Part shown: piece by piece, positions 54,843-64,000 of the stretch
How positions within the stretch are numbered: position 1 is the stretch's first letter
Layout of the letters: every line of letters begins with the position of its first letter
Virus record (IMG/VR): IMGVR_UViG_3300005529_000001
Coordinates: 1 to 64,000 of that record
Reading direction: 5' to 3' (one strand)
DNA length: 64,000 bases
Translations under genes and position numbers: made by a program
Notes under the pieces: model-generated
What the model saw: only the letters and a program-made list of their open reading frames with translations
The model's database searches: none
Told to the model about the DNA's origin: nothing

Positions 54843-55307
54843 TCATGCGGGCCTCACATATTCCATGAGGGGCGGGAGCTTGATGCCACCATGGCCGTAA
54901 CGGTCACCCTCCGGGATGTAGGACCTGACCTCGACCTTGGCGCCCGTGGCATTGATCTGCTGGATGGCATGTTGTAGCGAGTAATGATCTCGCGTGGTGA
55001 AGAGCGCGGTCCCGGTCGGTCCCTCGACAAAGTCCTTGGCGTCCTTCAGACCATGTCCAGTCAGCTCCCGGATGACCTTGATCAGGCCGATCTTGTTCGG
55101 ACCCGCATCGACCAGGCAGACGACGCAGTTGCCCGTCTTGAACAGCAGGCCCATCGCGTCCATGCAGCGTTGGAAGAAGTCACGGACATGGACGATGGGG
55201 ACATCATCACCGAAGGAGATGTGCCGCAGCTCGCTCGCGGGAGTGTCATCATCAGCAACTTCCTGGATGACGAAGTCGATGCGGAGGTGCGTCTTTCGAT
55301 CGATCAT
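54843..55307 (-). CDS. protein containing ribosomal protein bL12 (L7/L12) C-terminal domain
   Basis: LVDAGPNKIGLIKVIRELTGHGLKDAKDFVE. Confidence 0.85.
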   Translation of the reverse strand: MIDRKTHLRIDFVIQEVADDDTPASELRHISFGDDVPIVHVRDFFQRCMDAMGLLFKTGNCVVCLVDAGPNKIGLIKVIRELTGHGLKDAKDFVEGPTGTALFTTRDHYSLQHAIQQINATGAKVEVRSYIPEGDRYGHGGIKLPPLMEYVRPA

Positions 55308-56898
55308 TGGATGACCTCGTTGAACTTGCCGAAACGGTAGACGAGAAGCGTGGAGATGGTGAACCAGACCCCGTGGATGAGGTCGCCCAGGGCACGGTGG
55401 TCATCATTCGCTTTCCAAGACTGGAACGCGAAGAACAGACACAGGCTGACGACGATCGCTTTCACGACCAGGTAAGCCCACGCAAAGTTTCGGGCGATCT
55501 CTTTGCGATCACTCATGTCACGATCCGTTGATGACTTCGAGCAATTTGAGACCCATGGGAGTGATCCGAACGTCATCACAACCATCATGGCCCGTGCAAC
55601 AAGCCTGGACGTAGCCCTTACGGATCAATCCCTGGATCGTTGAAAGCCTGACCCTATCATTTGTATGGACATGGGTCCAGCCGCCGCGGAAACCAGCGTG
55701 ACGGAAACGAGCGTCAGCACGCTGTGTGTTAAAGACCCGTGCGAGATCTTCGAGAACTGTGAACTGAATTGGTCCGATGTGCCACGGACGGAGCAACGCC
55801 TCGAAAGACCTGCGTTGGTCACGAAGCTGTTTGTCGATGCGTGATACCATGTTGCCATCATACGAAATTGGGGGCAACATTTGCATCGCCAGACCATAGG
55901 ATCAGGAAATCATTGTCGACGACAGCGATCACCATCCCATCGGGCCGGCAACCCTTGCCACGTGACAGGCACGAGTTGTTGTCACCCATGCTGAGAACCT
56001 TGACGAAGTCACCGGGCTTGATCATGTCAGCCCGCCAGGCCCGGCCCTCCCAGTCGTAGGAACACTCGTGGCCCTTTGCTGCCCACGTCTCGGTGCCATT
56101 GGACAACGTGTGATAGTAACAGACAGCGAACGTGTTAGCGTGACAATGCTGGAGCTTCACATGCTGCTCATGAACCTGATCCCAGCCAAACGTCGAGACT
56201 CAACCTCATCAGCAGTGTCGCCAGCGACCCACCCGATGCCCTCTTTCTCCCACGACGGGTGACGCAACTCCAGAAGCGCTTCCAGCACGACAGGGATGTG
56301 GTTCGAGATCGGGCCGACGTTGGGAACCAGCTCGTAAGCGATGGGATAGACGCTGACGATCCGGTCACCGGGACGGAGGAGAGCTTGCAAGCCATCGACG
56401 TTGCATGGGCCGCACGTGGCAGCCACGTTCTCGTGTGGGACTCGGACGGTGCGATACCGAGTCACGACTTCCCCACTTGCAGGTGGGTATCACCGAAGAG
56501 CGCGGTCTTGAAGTCCTCACGGGCCGGAGCATCGAGCGGGATCGTTGTCCAGCTAGCCTGCCCAGACGGGTAGCACGCCAGCGACTTGCTGATGCTGGCG
56601 TTGACGTCAGTCACCTCCAGTGGCTGGGTGATGACAAGCTCGATCGTGACCCTGAAACGTCGGTGTTTGGTCATGGTTGCCTCGGAGCGGGATCAGCGCA
56701 CATGCACTGGTGGTTGAGCAGCTGGCTGACCTGGCCGTTCGGGCACGCGATCTTGCTGCACTCGGTCTCGTTGTGCGAAGCTACGCCATAGCTGATGGCC
56801 GCGACGATGATGACGACGATGAGGCCGAGCCAACCCCCGGGCCCAAAGAAGATCGCATCATCAGTGGCGTCGCTAGCGTCTTCCCAGTCCCACATGGT

Positions 56899-57519
56899 TC
56901 ACTCCGTCGGCGGCCGGCAACGCCAGGGCAGGCGGTCCGGGCAATCGTTGATGTCGAACTCAGCAAGGCCGCTCATCGCGCCGCAGCGAGGTGCGATGGT
57001 GCTGAAGCCCGCGCTCTCGAAGAAGCTCTCGCTGCGTTGGTTCCAGGGTGAAGCGACAAGGCGGCTGTATCCCAGACGGTGACCGAGCCGGATCGACTCG
57101 TTGATGAGGATGCGACCGATGCCACGGTTGCGCCACCGGGCTTGGGTGTAGATGCCCGTCCTGAACGTGGGGACGACACAGCTGGACTCGGGCCGGAGCA
57201 AGCACCATGCGATGGGTTCGAGACGATCGCTTGACTGCCACGCGGTGACAGCCCACCAGTCCTGGCCCGACTGGAGCCCGTCATTGTACTGGTCGATGAG
57301 GTCGCGAAAGAGCGAGCCCGCACCGACGCCGTCGTCCTTGAGGTCGCCGCGATCACCGCTATTGGTCAGGTGCATCCGGAGGTCAAAGACCAGGGACTTC
57401 GACAGGAAGTTCCAGGGCTCGGACTCGAGCCGGAGGCTGACGGGCAGGGGAGGCGGGACCGGCCGCACGCCGCTCGTTCTCGCCTTCTCAGGTGCCCTCG
57501 AGTTATTCGTTGCGGCCAT
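56899..57519 (-). CDS. GNAT acetyltransferase
   Basis: IYTQARWRNRGIGRIL; N...SFFESAGF. Confidence 0.85.
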   Translation of the reverse strand: MAATNNSRAPEKARTSGVRPVPPPLPVSLRLESEPWNFLSKSLVFDLRMHLTNSGDRGDLKDDGVGAGSLFRDLIDQYNDGLQSGQDWWAVTAWQSSDRLEPIAWCLLRPESSCVVPTFRTGIYTQARWRNRGIGRILINESIRLGHRLGYSRLVASPWNQRSESFFESAGFSTIAPRCGAMSGLAEFDINDCPDRLPWRCRPPTE

Positions 57520-60500
57520 GAATACAGTGTACCACAGCTGGTCTTACGTTTTCACTCAGAGGGCTTTGGGGGTCTCTCGAGCTTCGACGACGAAGCCAGC
57601 CCAGTTCGGGTAAGCCTTGAGCTTCTCACGGTCCTCGGGGGTGACGGGATACGCAAGCAAGCGCATGTCAGACCCGATCGATGCAGCGACCGGGAAACCG
57701 AGCTCCAGCTCGAGTGAGTGACGGGCTTCCTGCAGGCGACCCACTTGGGCGACGCCGCCCCCGCCGGAACGCGTGGCCATCAGGGCTTCTCCGACAAACG
57801 CAGGCCCTTGCACGTGGTGAAACCCGCCAGCGGCCGACGCGTCAGGCATGTGTCCTCGTTGAACGAGAGCGGGCTCTCCTTCTCTCCCAGACGTTCAGCC
57901 ACGTGCTTGCGCAGGCCCGTCGCAGCTTCGACCCACGCGACGACCTTGTCAGCGAGGACCCGGTCGAGGGGGCGGATGCGATCAGCGAGCTGCTGTGCCG
58001 TCATGGCGTCAGCACCGTCGAGGCTGAAAGAGATGCTCGACGGCAGCATGTCACGGAAGATCCGGGCGAAGAACTGCAACTCTTCTTTGGTGAGGGGCTG
58101 CATCAGTTGCTCCGGTCGGTGGGGGCCGTCATCAGCTCGGTGCGTTGGACGACATGAGCTCGCAAGCCTTCAAAAGCTTCGACGATCGTCATCAACTTCT
58201 GGGCCATAACCGGATCGAACGGCCGGACGTCATCGGCACCGTCCTTGAAATCGCTGACCATGGTGTTGAACTCACCCTCGGGGTCAGCGAGGTCCTGTGC
58301 AGCGTCACGGAGGCTCTCGAGGAAATCCTCCTTCGTCAGCTTGTACTCGTCACCTTCCATCGTCTCATCCTCCTTCGAGCGGATGCTCGCATCAAAAACC
58401 GTACTCCACGGACGCACCCTGGACATCACTTGCCCATCGTAGGAACCGGAGTCAACGGTGCAGCCAGGGGTGCGACAGCGGTGGGACAAGCTTTTGAAAG
58501 GTCAGGGTGTTCGTAATGGATGCGTTCGACTGCAACCTGCTGCCACTTGTCAGCGACGCAGGTCGAAGCGCAAGTTGACATAGCACAGCACAGGACGATA
58601 GCAGCCCACCGGGCGATCTTGGAGATGACAACACCCTGCTGGAACTCGGTTGAGGCGTACTCGGCTTTCTGCACGTCAGCGTCAGCCGCGATCTTGGCCT
58701 TCATCACCTCGGCCTTCGAGGCATCATCGAGCATGCCGAACCAGGACTCCATCTCTTTTTCAGACGGGATAGGACCAGCAGACTTCTTCTTGGTGCTAAG
58801 GTCATCCATGGCACTCAGGGAGTGGGACAGGCGACACGGACTGCACCGGCAGAGTCCTGCACTATCAGGACGGTGCCCACACAGTGCATCTGCCCAGACG
58901 CACCCCCAGCAAGGTGGTACTGGACGGTGACGCCGCAGGCTGGCACCAGCGCGGTGAAGAAAATGAGGGCGAGAGCGCGCATCACTTGCTCCGGACCTTC
59001 GCGGGTCCCGCTTGGGGGACGCCACGACGATGGACGCGGTACCCGGCATGCTTGTCGGGCACCTTCAGCTTGGCATCGTTGGTGAAGACGAACAGGCCCC
59101 AGCCACCGTCCAGGGCGAAACCGGTGATGACGTTGACACCCGCGAGTTGCGCCTGCAGGGACTTCTGCGCAGCGTCGAGGTCGTCAGGCTTGGGAGGCAG
59201 CCCGTTGTCACGCGGGGGTGCCGGCTCGGTGGGGGACCCTTTCTTCTTGCCGGGACGCATCACTTGCCATCCAGCTTCTTGACCTGGCCCTTGTTACCGC
59301 CCGACTTGACGCGGGAGCGGGTGCGGCCGATGCCGCGCGGGGGCTTGGAGGTGTTGGCTCGCTTGTTGTGGAGCCAGTCCTCACGCTGGATGCGGGTCTC
59401 GTCGTCGGTCTGTCGCCGGACGAAGTCCTTCAGGCTCTCGCCCGGGTAGCCGCCCTTGCGGTGCTTGGTCTTCAGCGAGCGTGAGTGCGACTCACGCAGC
59501 TTGGTGGGGGTCCTGTCGCTCGGCATCGTCGTTCGTTGCTCCGTGTTGGGTTTTTGAGGGTTTCGGGTTTTTTCTTGCGCAGCTAACACACATGTGTACG
59601 GGCTCAAAGACGACAGCTTCTTCGCTGCAGTTCGGGGTGCCGCACAGCTTCTTAGCGCCTGCCATGGACTCGGATCCTATCCCAGTGGGCCAGCAACGTT
59701 CACTGGTGCCGGCCGTTGATGTACCTGAGGATCGACTCCGATATCTCACGCCGGTGGTCGATGCCCGCTTGGACGAGGTCAGCGAGCTTGGTATCGACGG
59801 TCCGGATGCTCGCGATGAGCTCGCGGTCATGAGCGCCAGCGAGGTCGATGTTGCGCAAGGCGTGAGCCTTGACGCGGCTGACGATGGCAGCGAACTGTTC
59901 TCGGGTCGGGCGCTCAGCCATTGCCCAGCTCATAAGCGCAGACGAGCGCCAGCAGGACGAAACAAGCAGCGGGAGCGTAACGCCCGTAGGGGGTAAAGAC
60001 GCGGCGATCGGCGACGTCACATGCCGCAGACCAGAGGCGCCAGACGGGCCGGGCGACGGGAGCCAGGATGACAGCGATCGTGGCCAGGACATTGGCACAG
60101 GCGCGGACGAAGGAGCTCCACACCAGCGCAAAGTGGTTGGTCCATGTCATGAGCGAGTACCAACCGAGGACGATGACAGGGGTGCCGAACAGGACGGCAC
60201 AGAAGACCGGGAAGTTTACCATAGCTTTCTCCTTACAACGAGGCGGGAAACGAGTACAAGGCCACTGAAGATGGCGAGGAAGACGAGCGCCCTGGTGGGA
60301 CCGCTGGTCACGGTGCCCTGCAACAGCCAGACGACGAACGCAGCGATGACGGCTGCGATGGGCGGGTCGATGTCAAACAGGTTCATTGCGACTCCATCAT
60401 CAACTGTTGCAGCTCGGTCGGCCCACCGTTTGCCATGAAAGCGTGGAAGAGGGCAGCCTCGACAACGAACAACGCCGCGAGGAGCAAGATGACCTTGGCG

Positions 60501-61067
60501 CGGTTAGCCACGGGTGATGAGGCGCCCGAGGCGTTCCAGGAACGGGTTGAAAACCCCGGTGACGAAGAGGCACGAGAAGACGAGCAGGGTGCCGAAAGCG
60601 ACAAAGATGATGACGATGGCTGTGTCAGGCGCGGCAACGGCGACGGACAACGTGGTGAAAAGGGAAAAGAGGGTGAGGTACGGGTAGTCACAGACGAGGT
60701 CCCGGGTCCCCCAGAACAGCCAGCAAAAGTAGTCGATGACGGGCTTCACTTGAGCACCGTGAGGATGGCGACAGTGATGAGAAAGGCGATCGCGATATCA
60801 ACCGCGAGCTTGAAGGGTTGGTTGAACTCGGGACGCATCACCAGGCCTTGATGACGAAGTGGATCGCAGCAACGAGCATGAAGACAAGGATGACACACAT
60901 CCCGATGCCAGCGACGGCGATCACCGCCCGGATCACCCGCATGTCATCCCGGCGGTCGATGCGCATCGAAGCGAGGTCTGCTGACAGGTCAGGCTTGGTG
61001 ATTGCTGCCTGACGCCGAGACGACTCGTACGCATCGACCTTGAGACGTTCTGTGTCCTGTGTGGTCA

Positions 61068-61514
61068 TCACTCGTCCCTGTCGCAGGCGGCTGACTCACG
61101 GATGCGGCACTCTTGCCGTTTCTCTCCGGCATCGATGAACTCGCACTCGCTCTTGAGGCAGTAGGTGAGGGCGCGGCAGAAGTGCCGGTCGTCGGCGTGC
61201 TTGAGGATGTCGCACTGGGCGCCCTGGGCGGTACCCTCGCACGACCTAGCGGTCGCGGAAAGAGCGACAAAAACGAGGACGATGCCGATGGCCATCAGGA
61301 CCGCAGCGGTGAACACGCCCAGGGGCTTGTCCCAGAAGCGACGCCCGTCGAGGTTGGTGCCAAAGTACTTGCCGTTGATCCCGACGACGTTACCCCTGTT
61401 GTTGACGATGAGGCTATCGCCGACCCGGATGCCCCGGACGCTTGACTTGCCATCGACCCTGATCTTGACGTTGCCGTCGTCCGACTGGATGCTGACCGCC
61501 ATGTTGAGCTCCAT
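61068..61514 (-). CDS. membrane-anchored Cys-rich protein
   Basis: TM then C..I...D.RHFCRAL...C..I...KRQEC. Confidence 0.55.
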   Translation of the reverse strand: MELNMAVSIQSDDGNVKIRVDGKSSVRGIRVGDSLIVNNRGNVVGINGKYFGTNLDGRRFWDKPLGVFTAAVLMAIGIVLVFVALSATARSCEGTAQGAQCDILKHADDRHFCRALTYCLKSECEFIDAGEKRQECRIRESAACDRDE

Positions 61515-62502
61515 CCTACCCCACGACGGGAGGCAAATTCACACCAACAAGGACAATGGGCTTGCCCTTGCGACGATCGATCAGGTTCGGAGCCTGGGCT
61601 TTGATGACTTCCAGCATCGCTGCAAACGAATGGGTGCCACGGACGATGACGTTCGAGTTGCAAGCGCTACGTGGGTCAACGGTCCGGTCCCACCAGCCGA
61701 GGACGGTCCAACCGCCAACGTGGGACAGCTTGGCCTCACCCTCGACCTCTTCGCATGACCGGCGGTACGGGTCGCCGGGGACGGAGCCAGGGCAGAAGCC
61801 ACCATCGAGGCGACCGCCGTGAAGCGACGGGGGCAACCGTCGCTCGATCTCGTGCTCCCGCATGTGCGGGTTCTTGGGACACCTGAGGTAGTGACCGCTG
61901 CGCTCCCAGCAACCGAAGAAATAGCACTCGGCAGTCAGGACGTCGGAGGGGACCCGGACGTGGCCCGTCCCGTTGCAATGGGGACAGGGAACATCACGCT
62001 CTGGCAACATGACAGTGTCGTCAGCCATGGCGAGATCCTACTTCTCGTGACGACGCTTTTTCACAGGCGGGCCGAGGACCTCTCTCCGGCCTATCGCTGA
62101 TGAATCACTGGTCCAGGGCTGCCACATCATGTGGACAACAGCGTTAACGAGACCGACGATGACACCGAACCTGGGCATAACACCGCTCGTCTCGGGGTAC
62201 CAGATGACCAGGGTGCCCGGAGCGAGGGGACCTTCAAGGCTGATGTGGCGTCGGTCGGAAAACAACCCGTCGGACAACCGGTGGGTCGCGAAGTCCATCT
62301 CAGTTGACCTGATAAAGATCGGCAGAGGGAACCCAACCAAACTGGGTACGGGACGTCAGCAACATCACGTAACCGTGGCTTGCAGCGACAACAAGGACCA
62401 TGTCATTGGGCATGACCCTGCCACAACGAAAGGCGTCAGCATCCAGGCTGGAGAAAAGCTGCCGCGAGAACTTGTGGGTATAGACGGCCAAGTCCCCGGG
62501 TT

Positions 62503-63147
62503 TCAGACCGGGTCCTGTTCCTGCTTGCGCATCCATTCAGCGATCTCGTGTTGGATGTCCCAGTAAGCTCGCGAAGCCTCACGGTAACGCTCCACCAGCG
62601 ACGGAGGGAGCGGGACGGAGTGCTTGTAGAGCAAGGATGCCGACGAGCCCGCCGCCGCTTCGGGCGGCGGGCGCGGCACCGGGTCTTCGATCCCATAGAC
62701 CGGGAACTGCTCCGACTCGCTGACGTAGTACCGTGGCAACCCGCTGCGGACCGCCCGTGCGCGCTCGCGGTTCACTGTCTCCCGACGTTCCAGGTTCTTG
62801 GCGACGTTGCCGTTACGCTCGCGGCGGCCCTGCCGGACCCAGCCGACGGTCGCGTCAGAGGCACGGGCCATCGCCTCGTCTCGCTCGGCATCGGTGAGGT
62901 AGCCGCCCGACGTCGAGAACTCCCCGACGTAGCAACGGGGCTTGACCAGCATGTGGTAGACGACGACCCGGCTGGGATGGATGCCTGTCGCGTGGAACCA
63001 CCGCTGGGTCATGTCATCGCAACCCGGTCCATCGCCGACGACGAAGCTGTAACCGCACTCAGCGGCCTGCACCAGCTTGGGAACGTAGTGCTCGGTGAAC
63101 TCCTCGGGGGTCAGGTCGAGGTGACCCGTCACCATCACTGTCTTCAT
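62503..63147 (-). CDS. SLOG-like protein
   Basis: VMVTGH...FVVGDGPGCD...RDEAM. Confidence 0.6.
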   Translation of the reverse strand: MKTVMVTGHLDLTPEEFTEHYVPKLVQAAECGYSFVVGDGPGCDDMTQRWFHATGIHPSRVVVYHMLVKPRCYVGEFSTSGGYLTDAERDEAMARASDATVGWVRQGRRERNGNVAKNLERRETVNRERARAVRSGLPRYYVSESEQFPVYGIEDPVPRPPPEAAAGSSASLLYKHSVPLPPSLVERYREASRAYWDIQHEIAEWMRKQEQDPV

Positions 63148-64000
63148 GGCTCTCTCTCCTCCTTCTCCTTGTCTGGGTGGAAGCGGCAGAGGACGTTGTG
63201 GGTGCCGAAGCCCGCGGCGGCACCGCAGCACCGGCAGGTCCAGCAGTTGGCATAGACGCACCAGGCGTCCCAGGGCGGTTCGGGCACCCGGGTGTGGTCG
63301 TCGCTAGTAGTCCAGCTTGGTTGGCTCACTGGGAGCCCCCTCCTGTTGGTCGCCGTGGAGCAGCCAGCGACCCAAGCGCTGCAGCTGGGCCCAGGCGAAG
63401 GAAACGAGCACCCCGGCGAAGAACACCGGCGAGTAGGACACCGCCATCGCTCGCTTGCGCCAGCCCCAGCCCTTGGCACGCCGCCAGCCGACCCCGGGAT
63501 CGAGAGCGATGCCCGAGAAGGCATAGCTGATGAAACTGATGATGAAAGCGAAGACGCAGGGCATCACCCAGCTGGGACCACGGTGGAGCTGGGCCAGGCG
63601 GACCGCGACGAACAGCGGGGTGCCCAGGCACGCGAACGGGCCCGCGGCGACGCCGAACAGGAAGACGAAGCGTCTCCAGATGGGTTCCATCACTCGACCC
63701 CCGGGTCGCCGGTGGCGATCCAGCAGACCAGCCGCCACAGCAGCTTGCCGGCACCGGCAACAGCTTGGACAACGAAGACGATGGGCGCCCAAGAAGCCAG
63801 CAGCCACCTCTGCCGGAGAGAGCGGCCCTCAGACTCGCTCCAGAGCCAGACGCGCTCGGTGGAGCCGAGGATGCCGACGATGAAAGAGAGGGCTGACCAG
63901 ACAAAGAAGCACGCCGCGTAGACGCCGGCGGGGGATTGGCGATGGTCCTGAGCGAACACCCACGAACCGACCAACAACAGGCCGGGACCGCAAAAGAGCG

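Noticed and set aside
17953-63977. Long plus-strand ORFs antisense to real genes (e.g. 18308-18973, 24392-25147, 28510-29535, 33521-34201, 62548-63255)
   Set aside because: Expected antisense shadows of high-GC coding sequence; no motifs.

Overview
A 64-kb segment of a large (jumbo-type) tailed-phage genome. It is almost entirely minus-strand coded and densely packed with small ORFs. Two tRNA arrays (about 0.76-15.2 kb and 35.6-39.3 kb) hold roughly 55 tRNA genes covering all 20 amino acids, plus several aberrant tRNA-like RNAs. The window also encodes a type A RNase P RNA and a translation/tRNA-maintenance set: Pth2, an N-truncated RF1-like GGQ factor, a bL12 C-terminal domain, an Rnl2-like RNA ligase, a headless CCA-enzyme HD protein and a minimal nucleotidyltransferase. 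Other genes include ATP-dependent DNA ligase, a sigma-70 factor, a MoxR-like ATPase, a VWA-metallopeptidase, dNMP kinase, NADAR, several HNH/PD-(D/E)XK nucleases and many lipoproteins. The most striking unexplained structure is a family of 15 inter-tRNA RNA modules. Each is closed by an outer helix, an AGUA/GAA (bulged-G, loop-E type) internal loop and a covarying ANN/NNU helix. They carry variable payloads, including CCA-less tRNA bodies and one circularly permuted tRNA. In most copies the outer helix pairs with the CCA positions of the upstream tRNA. All folds and family calls were made by eye and need covariance-model and profile searches. The host cannot be determined from this window.
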